Assembly: GCA_965219625.1 (NCBI GenBank)
Contig: OZ244782.1
Coordinates: forward strand, 2,343,551-2,407,550
DNA length: 64,000 nt
Direction of reading: 5' to 3'
DNA from: Candidatus Multivoraceae bacterium
GTDB taxonomy: Bacteria; Acidobacteriota; Thermoanaerobaculia; Multivoradales; Multivoraceae
The notes beneath the pieces are model-generated. The model was not told the DNA's origin, did no database searches, and saw only the letters and a program-made list of their open reading frames with translations. The position numbers and the translations under genes were made by a program. Positions 54,599 to 64,000 of this stretch are shown piece after piece. How positions within the stretch are numbered: the first letter of the stretch is position 1; each line of letters starts with the position of its first letter.

Positions 54599-54967
54599 AT
54601 GATCCAGATGGGGACAGTGCTCGAGGTCGCCGACAATTCGGGTGCGAAGCGCATCGCCTGCATTACGCTGCGGGGCGGTTCGTCCGGCCAGTACGGCGTG
54701 CTGGGCGATGTGATTACCGCGTCGGTCAAGGAAGCCGTGCCGGAAGGCACGGTGAAGAAGGGCCAGGTCGTGCGCGCGGTGATCGTGCGCACCCGAAAGG
54801 AGCGCCGGCGTCGTGACGGCAGCTACATCCGCTTTGACAACAACGCTGCCGTTCTGATCAACGAGGCGCGGGAACCGATCGGTACGCGCGTCTTCGGACC
54901 GGTCGGTCGCGAACTTCGTGAACGACGCTTCATGCGTATCGTGTCGCTGGCGCCGGAGGTGATTTGA
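54599..54967 (+). CDS. rplN: 50S ribosomal protein L14
   Basis: [27 protein letters not shown]…. Confidence 0.93.
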   Translation: MIQMGTVLEVADNSGAKRIACITLRGGSSGQYGVLGDVITASVKEAVPEGTVKKGQVVRAVIVRTRKERRRRDGSYIRFDNNAAVLINEAREPIGTRVFGPVGRELRERRFMRIVSLAPEVI

Positions 54968-54968
54968 C

Positions 54969-55292
54969 ATGCCCAAGGTGAAAGTCAGGAAGGGCGACGA
55001 GGTTCTGGTCATCGCCGGCCGGAATCGAGGAGTCCGCAGCCGAGTGCTGCGAGTGTTGCCGGCTTCGAATCGTGCGATCGTCGAACGCGTGAACATGGTC
55101 AAGAAGCACGAGCGCCCGAACCCGCAGCGCCAGGTGCAGGGAGGCATCCTGGAGCGGGAGGCGCCGATTCACATCTCGAACCTGAAGGTGATCTGTCCGG
55201 ACACCGGCAAGCCGACCCGGGTCGGCTTGCGGCGGCTGTCTGACGGCAGGTGGGTACGCTACGCGAAAGTCAGCGGCGCGACGCTGAACTGA
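54969..55292 (+). CDS. rplX: 50S ribosomal protein L24
   Basis: [29 protein letters not shown]… (KOW). Confidence 0.92.
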   Translation: MPKVKVRKGDEVLVIAGRNRGVRSRVLRVLPASNRAIVERVNMVKKHERPNPQRQVQGGILEREAPIHISNLKVICPDTGKPTRVGLRRLSDGRWVRYAKVSGATLN

Positions 55293-55302
55293 GGAAGACG
55301 CG

Positions 55303-55854
55303 ATGGATCCCCGACTCAAGACTCTCTACCAGGAGGAAGTCGCTCCCAGCTTGCAGCGGGAGTTCGGCATTGCGAACGCGATGGCTGTGCCTCGGCTCGA
55401 GAAGATCGTCCTGAACATGGGAATCGGCGAGGCGATTTCGAACATCAAGGTGCTCGAGAACGCCGTGCCGGAGCTCGCGTTGATCGCCGGCCAGCAGCCG
55501 GTCATCACCCGCGCCCGCAAGTCGATTGCCGCGTTCAAGCTGCGGGCCGGCATGCCGATCGGCTGCCGCGTCACCCTGCGCCGGAACCGAATGTGGCACT
55601 TCCTCGACCGGCTGGTCACCGTCGCCCTGCCTCGGGTACGCGATTTCCGCGGCATCTCGGACCGGAGCTTCGACGGTCGCGGCAGCTACACCCTGGGTAT
55701 CCGCGATCATCTTATTTTTCCCGAGGTCGACTACTCGAAGAGCGACGGATCCAAGGGCATCAACGTGACGCTGGTGACCTCCGCCGAGTCCGACGCGCAG
55801 GCGCTGCATCTTTTGCGCGGCCTCGGTCTACCGTTCGCCTCCCGCAACGAATGA
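55303..55854 (+). CDS. rplE: 50S ribosomal protein L5
   Basis: [44 protein letters not shown]…. Confidence 0.93.
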   Translation: MDPRLKTLYQEEVAPSLQREFGIANAMAVPRLEKIVLNMGIGEAISNIKVLENAVPELALIAGQQPVITRARKSIAAFKLRAGMPIGCRVTLRRNRMWHFLDRLVTVALPRVRDFRGISDRSFDGRGSYTLGIRDHLIFPEVDYSKSDGSKGINVTLVTSAESDAQALHLLRGLGLPFASRNE

Positions 55855-55906
55855 CGACGGCGCGGCGTCGCACCTCACCGGATAGGACGTATAGGACCTG
55901 TAACAG

Positions 55907-56305
55907 ATGACGATGACCGACCCCATCGCGGATCTTCTGACGACGATCCGCAATGCCCTGACCGTCAAGCATGACCAGACCGAGGCGCCGGCTTCCAAGC
56001 TGAAGATCGCGCTCTGCCGGGTGCTGCGCGACCAGGGGTACATCAGCCACTACGAGGTCTTCGACTCGCCTCCGGGACGAACCCTCAGGATCTTCCTGGC
56101 CTACGACGGGCAGGGCGTGCCCGCGATCACCAGGGTGCGCAGGATCAGCAAGCCGGGACGTCGCGTCTACCGCGGCGCCGACGAACTGAAGCCGGTGCTG
56201 AATGGTCTGGGGGTGGCGATCCTGTCGACTTCCGAAGGGCTGATGACGGATGCCCAGGCCCGCCGCCAGCGGGTCGGCGGCGAGGTGCTGTGCGAGGTGT
56301 ATTGA
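55907..56305 (+). CDS. rpsH: 30S ribosomal protein S8
   Basis: MTMTDPIADLLTTIRNALTVKHDQTEAPASKLK…; no S14 gene lies between rplE and rpsH. Confidence 0.93.
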   Translation: MTMTDPIADLLTTIRNALTVKHDQTEAPASKLKIALCRVLRDQGYISHYEVFDSPPGRTLRIFLAYDGQGVPAITRVRRISKPGRRVYRGADELKPVLNGLGVAILSTSEGLMTDAQARRQRVGGEVLCEVY

Positions 56306-56306
56306 G

Positions 56307-56849
56307 ATGTCGCGGATAGGAGAGATGCCGATTGCGTTGCCGCATGGCGCGAACGTTGCGGTTGGCGCGGACAAGGTGACGATCGAAGGGCCGAAGGGCC
56401 GACTCGAGCAGGCGCTTCATCCGGGCATCGATGTGCGGGTCGACGACGGCATCGTCACCCTTCATCGTGCCGGTTCAGGCGGCCCGGCGCGCGCGCGGCA
56501 CGGCTTGGCTCGGGCCCTGCTGGCGAACGCGGTCGTCGGCGTGACCGAGGGCTTCCGCCGTGACCTGGACATCGTCGGGGTGGGTTATCGGGGCGAAGTC
56601 AAGGGACGCGAGCTGCATTTCTCGCTGGGGTACTCCCATACGGTCATCTACACCGTGCCGGAAGGCATCGAGGTGTCGATTGACGGCCGCGCGAACCGAA
56701 TCAGCGTTAGCGGCATCGATAAGCAGCAGGTCGGACAGGTGGCGGCTGATCTGCGCAGCCTGCGCAAGCCGGATGCATACAAGGGCAAGGGCATTCGTTA
56801 CAGCGACGAGGTGCTCCGACTGAAGGCCGGCAAGACGGCCGCCGACTAG
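56307..56849 (+). CDS. rplF: 50S ribosomal protein L6
   Basis: MSRIGEMPIALPHGANVAVGADKVTIEGPKGRLEQ…. Confidence 0.92.
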   Translation: MSRIGEMPIALPHGANVAVGADKVTIEGPKGRLEQALHPGIDVRVDDGIVTLHRAGSGGPARARHGLARALLANAVVGVTEGFRRDLDIVGVGYRGEVKGRELHFSLGYSHTVIYTVPEGIEVSIDGRANRISVSGIDKQQVGQVAADLRSLRKPDAYKGKGIRYSDEVLRLKAGKTAAD

Positions 56850-56880
56850 AGCGGAGCCCGGAGAGTAAGGACACCAGGCA

Positions 56881-57267
56881 ATGAGCGACCTGCGCAAGAA
56901 GAGGACACTCGACCGCAATCGGCGGCGTCAGCGCGCGCGCTACCGCGTGCGGAAGAAGCTGCGCGGCTCCGAGGAGCGTCCGCGGTTGGCGGTGCACAAG
57001 AGCCGGCGGCACATCTATGCCCAACTCGTCGACGATCGGGCCGGCCGCACCCTGGCCTTTGCCAGCTCGCTTGAAGCGGACCTGCGCGACCGGATCGAGG
57101 GCTCGACCGGTAGTCGGAGCGCGGCGCAGGCGGTTGGCGCGGCGTTGGCGGAACGGGCGGCCGATAAGGGGCTGCGGTCCGTATTGTTCGACCGCGGTGG
57201 TTTCGTCTATCACGGCAGGATCAAGGCGCTCGCCGACGGCGCGCGGGCCGGCGGTCTCGAGTTTTGA
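56881..57267 (+). CDS. rplR: 50S ribosomal protein L18
   Basis: …[31 protein letters not shown]…. Confidence 0.92.
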   Translation: MSDLRKKRTLDRNRRRQRARYRVRKKLRGSEERPRLAVHKSRRHIYAQLVDDRAGRTLAFASSLEADLRDRIEGSTGSRSAAQAVGAALAERAADKGLRSVLFDRGGFVYHGRIKALADGARAGGLEF

Positions 57268-57294
57268 TCCGGCGGCGGATCGAAGGAGCAAACA

Positions 57295-57873
57295 GTGGCT
57301 AGGGATATCGATCTCGACAGCGAGTTCTTCGAACAGGTTGTCGACATCAATCGGGTGACGAAGGTCGTCAAGGGCGGCAAGAACTTCTCCTTTACCGCGC
57401 TGGTCGTCATCGGAGACGGCGCCGGCCGGGTCGGTTACGGTTCCGGCAAGGCGAAGGAGGTTCCCGCGGCGATCCGCAAGGGAATCCAGATCGCGAAGCG
57501 AAGTCTGGTCCGGGTGCCGCTCGACGGCACGACGATTCCGCACGAAACGGTGGGCGTTTTCGGCGCCGGACGGGTGATGCTCAAACCGGCCTCCGAGGGG
57601 ACCGGCGTGATCGCCGGCGGTGCCGTGCGCGCCGTCGTCGAGGGCGCGGGCATTCAAGACATCCTGACAAAGTCGCTCGGCACGACGAACCCGCAGAACG
57701 TGGTCAAGGCGACGTTCGCCGGGCTCATGTCGTTGCGCAACGAAGCGGAGGTCAAGGCCTTGCGCGGGCTCGCCTCGCTCGACGGGAGCAGCACGAACGG
57801 CGGCGCGATCAGCGAGGATCAGGAAGGAACGGCGAATGGCAGCGAAGACGATACGGATTCAGCAAACTCGTAG
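57295..57873 (+). CDS. rpsE: 30S ribosomal protein S5 (with acidic C-terminal extension)
   Basis: GTG start; …[49 protein letters not shown]…; C-terminal tail …[20 protein letters not shown] overlaps the rpmD start. Confidence 0.92.
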   Translation: MARDIDLDSEFFEQVVDINRVTKVVKGGKNFSFTALVVIGDGAGRVGYGSGKAKEVPAAIRKGIQIAKRSLVRVPLDGTTIPHETVGVFGAGRVMLKPASEGTGVIAGGAVRAVVEGAGIQDILTKSLGTTNPQNVVKATFAGLMSLRNEAEVKALRGLASLDGSSTNGGAISEDQEGTANGSEDDTDSANS

Positions 57874-58021
57874 TCGCATCGGACGGCCGAGGCCTCAGCG
57901 AGAGGTCCTCCGGAGCCTCGGGCTACGGCGGATTCGGCACGTAGTCGAACGCGAGGACAGCCCCGCCGTCCGCGGCATGGTGAAGAAGATCCCGCACCTC
58001 GTTCAGGTGTTGGAGGACTGA
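57836..58021 (+). CDS. rpmD: 50S ribosomal protein L30
   Basis: [49 protein letters not shown]…. Confidence 0.9.
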   Translation: MAAKTIRIQQTRSRIGRPRPQREVLRSLGLRRIRHVVEREDSPAVRGMVKKIPHLVQVLED

Positions 58022-58022
58022 G

Positions 58023-58457
58023 ATGAGACTGCATGAACTGAAACCGGCGGCTGGCAGCCGGCGTTCCCGCAAGCGGGTCGGTCGGGGTCCCGGTTCGGGT
58101 ACCGGCAAGACGGCCGGGCGCGGCCACAAAGGGCAGCGTTCGCGCTCGGGCTTCTCTCGTCGCGCCGGATTCGAGGGCGGTCAGATGCCGCTCGTCCGCC
58201 GAGTCCCGAAGCGGGGTTTCACGAACATCTTTCGTACCGAGTACACGGTCATCAACGTTGGCGATCTGGCCGGCCTGGGTGACGTGGTCGACGTCGACCT
58301 CCTGGTCTCCCGCGGCCGCGTGCGCCGGGGCATGCGACTCAAGGTGCTGGGGGAGGGCGAGGCGCCGGCGGCGCTGACCGTCCGGGCGCACCGCTTCAGC
58401 GCCGCCGCGCGTCTGAAGATCGAAGCCGCAGGCGGTTCCTGCGAAGAAATCGCCTGA
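58023..58457 (+). CDS. rplO: 50S ribosomal protein L15
   Basis: [38 protein letters not shown]…. Confidence 0.93.
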   Translation: MRLHELKPAAGSRRSRKRVGRGPGSGTGKTAGRGHKGQRSRSGFSRRAGFEGGQMPLVRRVPKRGFTNIFRTEYTVINVGDLAGLGDVVDVDLLVSRGRVRRGMRLKVLGEGEAPAALTVRAHRFSAAARLKIEAAGGSCEEIA

Positions 58458-58470
58458 GGAGAGTCACCGC

Positions 58471-59856
58471 GTGGGCGTCGAGAGTTTTCGCAACATTTTC
58501 GCGATTCCGGACCTCCGGAATCGAGTCCTGTTCATGTTCGCGTTGCTGGCGGTCTACCGGATCGGCTGCATCATTCCCACGCCCGGAATCGATCCGCAGG
58601 CGCTGCGCGAGTTCATGGACCAGATGCAGGGCACTGTCCTGGGTTTCGTCAACACGTTCACCGGCGGCAGCCTTGGCCGGGTGGCGATCTTCGCCCTCGG
58701 CATCATGCCCTACATCTCTGCGTCGATCATCCTGCAGCTTCTGACCGTCGTCTGGCCGTATCTCGAGAAGCTCTCCAAGGAGGGTGAGATGGGTCGGCGC
58801 AAGATCACGCAGTACACCCGTTACGGCACGGTGATCATCTCGATCATCCAGGGCACCAGCATCGCCTTCTTCCTGGAGAACCTGACCGCGCCCGGCGGTG
58901 CGGACCTGGTCTTCAACCCCGGCTTCGGCTTCAAGTTCATGACGGTGCTTTCACTGACGACGGGCTGCGCCTTCGTCATGTGGCTGGGCGAGCAGATCAG
59001 CGAACGGGGTATCGGCAACGGCATCTCGCTGATCATCTTCGCCGGCATCGTCGTCGGGTTGCCCGGGGCCGTCATCACGCTCTTCGATCAGCTGCAGAGC
59101 GGCGCGATGTCGCTGCTCAAGATCGTCGGTCTGTCGGCGTTCATGCTCGTCGTCGTCGCGTTCATCGTCTACATGGAGCGGGCCCAGCGCCGCATTCCCG
59201 TGCAGTATGCGAAACGTATCGTCGGTCGTCGGCAGTACGGCGGGCAGAGCACCTATCTGCCCCTGCGAGTGAACACCGGCGGCGTCATCCCGGTCATCTT
59301 CGCCAGTTCAGTCGTGACCGTTCCGTCGACGGTGGCGGGCATGATTCAGTACGAGCCGATACAGCGAATTTCGACTGCCCTGCAGTGGGGACAGCCGGTC
59401 TATTACCTGCTCTACGTCGCGGCGATCATCTTCTTCTCGTACTTCTATGTGTCGATCATCTTCAATCCGAACGATCTCGCCGAGAACATGCGCAAGTACG
59501 GCGGCTTCATCCCCGGCATCCGCTCTGGCCGGCGGACCTCGGAGTACATCGACCGGGTCCTGACCCGGCTGACCCTGGTCGGTTCGCTCTATCTCGCCGG
59601 CGTGTCCGTGTTGCCCGAGTTCCTGATTGCCGGCTTCCGGGTGGGGGGTATTCCGTTCATCGGCGGCGCCTTGGACAACCTGGCGCCGCCGTGGTTGACG
59701 AACGGCATGGGAATCAACTTCTACTTCGGCGGCACGTCGCTCCTCATCGTCGTCAGCGTGGCGATGGACACCCTGCAGCAGATCGAGAGTCAGCTCGTCA
59801 TGCGGAACTACGAGGGCTTCATGAAGAGAGGCCGGATCAAGGGGCGGCGTGGCTAG
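58471..59856 (+). CDS. secY: Preprotein translocase subunit SecY
   Basis: GTG start; 10-TM SecY with …GIMPYISASIILQLL… and …YGGQSTYLPLRVN…. Confidence 0.95.
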   Translation: MGVESFRNIFAIPDLRNRVLFMFALLAVYRIGCIIPTPGIDPQALREFMDQMQGTVLGFVNTFTGGSLGRVAIFALGIMPYISASIILQLLTVVWPYLEKLSKEGEMGRRKITQYTRYGTVIISIIQGTSIAFFLENLTAPGGADLVFNPGFGFKFMTVLSLTTGCAFVMWLGEQISERGIGNGISLIIFAGIVVGLPGAVITLFDQLQSGAMSLLKIVGLSAFMLVVVAFIVYMERAQRRIPVQYAKRIVGRRQYGGQSTYLPLRVNTGGVIPVIFASSVVTVPSTVAGMIQYEPIQRISTALQWGQPVYYLLYVAAIIFFSYFYVSIIFNPNDLAENMRKYGGFIPGIRSGRRTSEYIDRVLTRLTLVGSLYLAGVSVLPEFLIAGFRVGGIPFIGGALDNLAPPWLTNGMGINFYFGGTSLLIVVSVAMDTLQQIESQLVMRNYEGFMKRGRIKGRRG

Positions 59857-60415
59857 GCCGCTCCGTATCGTGTTGCTCGGCGCTCCCGGTTGCGGCAAGG
59901 GCACCCAGGCTGAACGCCTCCAGGCGAGCCTCGGCGTTCCGGCGATTTCGACCGGCGAGATGCTCCGCGCGGCGGTTGCCGGCGGTACCGAGCTGGGTAC
60001 ACGGGTCGAAGGGGTCATGGCCTCCGGCGCGCTGGTTGACGACGACCTGATGGCCGACGTGGTTCGGGATCGCCTGGGCCAACCAGACGCCGACAGGGGC
60101 TTCCTGCTCGACGGGTATCCGCGTACGGAGCCCCAGGCGGAGACGCTTGGCGAGATTCTCGACGGCGCGGATCTCGACCATGTCGTGATGATCGACGTGC
60201 CGGACGACATTCTGGTCGAGCGGATCGTGCAGCGCGGCCGCGGCGCGGATGACCGGGAGGAGGTTGTCCGCGAGCGGTTGAAGGTCTACCGTCTGCACAC
60301 GGAGCCTCTGGTTGCCCACTATGGCGCCCGGGGTCTGCTTCGTCGGGTCGACGGCAACCGGCCGATCGATCAGGTGACGAGCGCCATCCAGGGCGCCCTG
60401 GGTCTGGCCGCTTGA
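59849..60415 (+). CDS. adk: Adenylate kinase
   Basis: GTG overlapping the secY stop; P-loop LLGAPGCGKGTQAERL, …GFLLDGYPRTEPQAE…; short LID (no Zn-finger Cys). Confidence 0.92.
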   Translation: MARPLRIVLLGAPGCGKGTQAERLQASLGVPAISTGEMLRAAVAGGTELGTRVEGVMASGALVDDDLMADVVRDRLGQPDADRGFLLDGYPRTEPQAETLGEILDGADLDHVVMIDVPDDILVERIVQRGRGADDREEVVRERLKVYRLHTEPLVAHYGARGLLRRVDGNRPIDQVTSAIQGALGLAA

Positions 60416-60453
60416 GCTGACAGGTACGTTGGGAGAGCGAAGGGAACGCAGAT

Positions 60454-60675
60454 GTGAAGAAGGAAGAGGCGATCGAGGTCGAGGCTACGGTGTTGGAGAC
60501 GCTGCCAAACGCGGTGTTCAAGGTCGAACTGGACAACAAGCATCAAGCGCTGGCCCATATCTCCGGGAAGATGCGCAAGCACTTCATTCGCATCCTGCCC
60601 GGCGATCGTGTTCTGGTCGAGCTTTCGCCATACGACCCTGGTCGCGGCCGAATCGTCTACCGACTGCGGACATAA
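60454..60675 (+). CDS. infA: Translation initiation factor IF-1
   Basis: GTG start; …[54 protein letters not shown]…. Confidence 0.92.
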   Translation: MKKEEAIEVEATVLETLPNAVFKVELDNKHQALAHISGKMRKHFIRILPGDRVLVELSPYDPGRGRIVYRLRT

Positions 60676-60708
60676 TCAAGCTACTGCGGCAATCTGGGAA
60701 ATCGCATC

Positions 60709-60822
60709 ATGAAAGTACGAGCTTCGGTCAAGAGAATGTGCATCAAGTGCAAGATCGTCAGGCGGCGCGGCGTGATTCGCGTCATCTGCGAGAACCCCAA
60801 GCACAAGCAGCGACAGGGCTGA
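60709..60822 (+). CDS. rpmJ: 50S ribosomal protein L36
   Basis: 37-aa [40 protein letters not shown] (too short for the 60-aa ORF track); Zn-ribbon C-x2-C-x12-C-x4-H. Confidence 0.9.
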   Translation: MKVRASVKRMCIKCKIVRRRGVIRVICENPKHKQRQG

Positions 60823-60843
60823 GGGACAGCCAGGAGAGATTTC

Positions 60844-61224
60844 ATGGCGAGAATCGCGGGTATCGACCTACCGAGCAACAAGCAGGTCGGCGTCGGCCTG
60901 ACGTACATCTACGGCATCGGACGGTCTCGGGCGCTGGTCCTCTTGGACCAGGCGGGCGTCGCGGCGACGATCAAGGTGAAGGACCTCACCGAGGACGAGA
61001 CGGGTCGCATTCGGCGCGTCGTCCAGGAGGCGGGATCGGTCGAGGGCGACCTGCGCAAGGAAGTGACGCAGAGCATCAAGCGCCTGATGGAAATCGGCAG
61101 CTACCGCGGCGTACGTCACCGGAAGAGCCTGCCGGTCCGGGGACAGCGTACGCACACGAATGCGCGTACCCGCAAGGGCCCGCGCCGGGCCACGATCGCA
61201 GGCAAGAAGAAGACGAAGAAGTAG
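60844..61224 (+). CDS. rpsM: 30S ribosomal protein S13
   Basis: [30 protein letters not shown]…. Confidence 0.93.
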   Translation: MARIAGIDLPSNKQVGVGLTYIYGIGRSRALVLLDQAGVAATIKVKDLTEDETGRIRRVVQEAGSVEGDLRKEVTQSIKRLMEIGSYRGVRHRKSLPVRGQRTHTNARTRKGPRRATIAGKKKTKK

Positions 61225-61243
61225 GCAGCAAGAGGACACCAGG

Positions 61244-61621
61244 ATGGCAAAAGCGAGAAAGAAGGAGAGGCGCGTCGTGCCCCACGCGGTGGCGCATGTC
61301 AACGCGACCTTCAACAACACGCTGGTCTGCATTGCGGATCCGGACGGCAACGTTCTGACTTGGTCTTCGTCCGGGCGCAACGGCTTCAAGGGCTCGCGCA
61401 AGGGCACGCCGTTCGCGGCTCAGGTGGCCGCCCAGGCGGTCGGCTACCAGGCGAAGGACCTCGGCGTAAGGTCGGTCGACGTGCTCGTCAAGGGTCCTGG
61501 CGGCGGCCGCGAATCGGCGGTCAGAGCGCTCCAGGCGACCGGCATCAGCATCCGGTCGATTCGCGACGTGACGCCGATTCCTCATAACGGCTGTCGGCCG
61601 CGCAAGCGGCGCCGGGTCTGA
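61244..61621 (+). CDS. rpsK: 30S ribosomal protein S11
   Basis: …[48 protein letters not shown]…. Confidence 0.93.
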   Translation: MAKARKKERRVVPHAVAHVNATFNNTLVCIADPDGNVLTWSSSGRNGFKGSRKGTPFAAQVAAQAVGYQAKDLGVRSVDVLVKGPGGGRESAVRALQATGISIRSIRDVTPIPHNGCRPRKRRRV

Positions 61622-61697
61622 GCCCGCGCCCGGGCTTTCCGCCCCGGAACTCAACGCCTCAAGATCAGAAACGCAACCGAGATTTGTAGGAGTCAAC

Positions 61698-62684
61698 ATG
61701 CTCTGGAAGGGTTTCCAACGCCCGAAGTTGGTGGAGATCGATAGCGAGACACTGACCGAAACGTACGGCAGGTTCTCGGCGCAGCCGTTCGAACGCGGCT
61801 TTGGTTCCACCGTAGGCAACGCTCTGCGCCGTTGCCTGCTGTCGGCAGTCGAAGGCGCCGCGATTTCGGCGGTGAAGATCGACGGTGCGCTGCACGAGTT
61901 CTCCTCTCTCGAGGGGGTGGTCGAGGACGTGACCGACATCATCCTGAATCTGAAGCAGGTACCGCTTCGTTCTCACGACGGCGCCTCGAAAGTCATCACG
62001 CTCGACGTAAAAGGCCCTCGCGAGGTGACCGCCGGCGATTTCGAGGGCGGCTCGACGATCGAGGTGCGGGACCCGGCCGCGAAGGTCGCGACGCTGAACG
62101 AACGGGGCGAACTGCGCATCGAGGCGCTGGTCCGTACCGGCCGGGGGTACGTCAGCTCGGAGCGCAACCTGGACGAGTCGATGGGCATCGGCTGGATTCC
62201 GCTCGACTCGGTCCACAGCCCGGTCAAGCGGGTCAACTACCGCGTGGAGGCGGCTCGCCTTGGCCGCACGACGGACTACGAGCGGCTGATCATCGAGGTA
62301 TGGACCGACGGGACCGTGACGCCGGAGGAAGCCGTATCGCGTGCCGGCGCCCTGTTGCGTGACCACTTGACGATCTTCATTGACGCCGAGGAGAGCCTGG
62401 TTCAGGAAGCCGCCGGCGACGAGAGCATGGACGGAGGCGATCTCGTCGCGCTGCTCAGCCGGGAAATCGAGGACCTGGACTTGAGCGTTCGATCGAAGAA
62501 CTGTCTGAAGAATGCGAACATCAGCACCCTGGCCCACTTGGTCGTGAAGAGCGAGAAGGAGATGCTCGAGACGAAGAACTTCGGCAAGAAATCGCTCGAG
62601 GAGATCCTGGGTGTACTCGACGGGTTGGGTCTGCAGTTCGGCATGACTGTGCCGGAGAACCTGGAGGACGGCCTGCAGGCCTGA
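61698..62684 (+). CDS. rpoA: DNA-directed RNA polymerase subunit alpha
   Basis: NTD (…FERGFGSTVGNALRRCLLSAVEGAAI…) and CTD (…DLDLSVRSKNCLKNANISTLAHLV…). No rpsD lies between rpsK and rpoA. Confidence 0.95.
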   Translation: MLWKGFQRPKLVEIDSETLTETYGRFSAQPFERGFGSTVGNALRRCLLSAVEGAAISAVKIDGALHEFSSLEGVVEDVTDIILNLKQVPLRSHDGASKVITLDVKGPREVTAGDFEGGSTIEVRDPAAKVATLNERGELRIEALVRTGRGYVSSERNLDESMGIGWIPLDSVHSPVKRVNYRVEAARLGRTTDYERLIIEVWTDGTVTPEEAVSRAGALLRDHLTIFIDAEESLVQEAAGDESMDGGDLVALLSREIEDLDLSVRSKNCLKNANISTLAHLVVKSEKEMLETKNFGKKSLEEILGVLDGLGLQFGMTVPENLEDGLQA

Positions 62685-62732
62685 CGCTTCGCCGGTGCGC
62701 TCGGCGCCCGGCATTGGAGGGAGCTAGAAGAG

Positions 62733-63095
62733 ATGCGTCACGGAGTTGGCTACAAGAAACTGGGTCGGACCTCGGCCCACCGTCGGGCGATGTTCCGCAA
62801 TCAGCTTGCGTCCCTGGTCGAGCACGGCCGCATTCGGACGACGCTGGCGAAGGCGAAGGCGCTTCGTCCGGTGGCCGAGCGCATCATCACGAGGAGCCGC
62901 GACGACTCCGTCCACTCCCGCCGTCTGGTGCGGCGGTGGCTCTCCGACCGCACCCTGGTCAAGAAGCTCTTCGACGAGATCGGTCCACGCTACGCCGACC
63001 GCCCGGGCGGGTACCTTCGGATCACGAAGCTCGGCCGTCGCCGCGGCGACGCGGCGGAAACCGCAGTCATCGAGTTCGTCGACGCGGACGAGTAG
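62733..63095 (+). CDS. rplQ: 50S ribosomal protein L17
   Basis: MRHGVGYKKLGRTSAHRRAMFRNQLASLVEHGRIRTT…. Confidence 0.93.
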   Translation: MRHGVGYKKLGRTSAHRRAMFRNQLASLVEHGRIRTTLAKAKALRPVAERIITRSRDDSVHSRRLVRRWLSDRTLVKKLFDEIGPRYADRPGGYLRITKLGRRRGDAAETAVIEFVDADE

Positions 63096-63182
63096 CCCGC
63101 GCCCTGTCGGCGCCGATCAGGCGATGACGAGCAGCGTCCGCAGCGACCGCGCCGCGGACGCTGGCAGGGCGCGAACGACGAA

Positions 63183-64000
63183 CTACTCCTCGTCGTCCTC
63201 GCGCTTCGCCTCGGCGATGATCTTCTCCTGGATCTGCCGGGGAGCTTCCTCGTAGTGGGAGAATCCCATCGTGAAGCTCGAGCGGCCCTGGGTCATCGCG
63301 CTGAGCGCGGTGGCGTAGTTCAACATCTCGGCCATCGGCACGGTCGCGTTGACGATCTGCGTGGCGCCCTTCGCCTCCATGCCCTGAGGACGACCGCGAC
63401 GCGATGAGAGGTCGCTCATGATGTCGCCCATGAAGTCTTCGGTCGTTCTGATCGTGACCTGCATGACCGGCTCGAGCAGCGTCGGCGCGGCGTTGGCCAT
63501 CGCGTCCTTGAAGGCGAGCGATCCGGCGACCTTGAAGGCCATCTCGGACGAGTCGACATCGTGGTACTTGCCGTCCTGAAGGCGGACCCGGAAGTTGCCG
63601 ACCGGATAGCCGGCCAGGTAGCCGCGCTGGGCGGCCTCGAGTAGGCCCTTTTCGACTGCCGGCCGGTAGTTCTGGGGAATCGCGCCACCGAAGATCTCGT
63701 CGACGAACTCGTACTCCTCGGCGGTGGCGACGGGTTCCATCGTGATCGTGCAGTCCGCGAACTGACCGCGGCCGCCGCTCTGTTTCTTGTGCCGGCCGTG
63801 GCCGACGGCGATCTTCTTGATCGTTTCCCGATAGGGGACCTTCGGCGGGTGGAGGATGACCTCGACCTTCGAGCGGGTTTTCAGCTTGGCGATCGCGATC
63901 TCGACGTGAAGTTGACCGGCGCCCGAGAGCAGGAACTCGCCGGTCTGGGGGTCGCGCCCGGCGTGGAGGCTCGGGTCCTCCTCGACCAGGCGCAGGACCG
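63183..64000 (-). CDS. Elongation factor G paralog (EF-G2-like), C-terminal portion; 5' end outside window
   Basis: The minus-strand frame stays open to the window edge; domains IV-V of EF-G (…HKKQSGGRGQFADCTITMEP…, …LEPVMQVTIRTTEDFMGDIMSDLSSRRGRPQGMEAKG…); distinct sequence from the fusA at 46174. Confidence 0.8.
   Translation of the reverse strand, partial: VLRLVEEDPSLHAGRDPQTGEFLLSGAGQLHVEIAIAKLKTRSKVEVILHPPKVPYRETIKKIAVGHGRHKKQSGGRGQFADCTITMEPVATAEEYEFVDEIFGGAIPQNYRPAVEKGLLEAAQRGYLAGYPVGNFRVRLQDGKYHDVDSSEMAFKVAGSLAFKDAMANAAPTLLEPVMQVTIRTTEDFMGDIMSDLSSRRGRPQGMEAKGATQIVNATVPMAEMLNYATALSAMTQGRSSFTMGFSHYEEAPRQIQEKIIAEAKREDDEE

Overview
High-GC (roughly two-thirds G+C by eye) bacterial chromosomal segment, almost entirely on the + strand and densely packed. 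In order it carries: the tsf(partial)-pyrH-frr block; a bifunctional ispDF; an SpoU-type rRNA methyltransferase; a tRNA-Thr(TGT)/Tyr(GTA)/Gly(TCC) trio; a tandem array of about eight ~129-bp repeats derived from the 3' end of the tRNA-Gly; a ~27-kb stretch of accessory and Pho-regulon genes; then tRNA-Thr(GGT)-tuf-tRNA-Trp-secE-nusG-rplKAJL-rpoBC-rpsLG-fusA-tuf(copy 2) and the S10/spc/alpha ribosomal-protein operons (with secY, adk, infA, rpmJ, rpoA, rplQ); and finally a convergent second EF-G paralog running off the window end. The ~27-kb stretch holds: secreted RidA, a ThuA-like protein, an LMF1-like membrane protein, an aminotransferase, a CitE-like lyase, a LolA-like/FtsX/ABC exporter with an outer-membrane barrel, pstSCAB with a second pstB, a DUF4143-type AAA ATPase, an acyl-CoA dehydrogenase, a ceramidase-like lipoprotein, an S9 peptidase, an OprO/P porin and phoB-phoR-phoU. 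I found no CRISPR array, integrase, transposase or recognisable defence/toxin system. The things most worth a second look are: (1) the tRNA-Gly-derived tandem palindromic repeat array; (2) a ~60-aa four-CxxC zinc-ribbon-like insertion in the RpoB N-terminal region; (3) a ~164-bp MITE-like element with perfect 16-bp terminal inverted repeats whose CTAG ends supply the stop codons of the flanking genes, plus a partial second copy; (4) two near-identical tuf copies; and (5) a tRNA-tuf cluster apparently split by ~27 kb. Many long arginine/alanine-rich ORFs in the six-frame track are antisense or frame-shifted shadows of real genes, as expected at this GC content.
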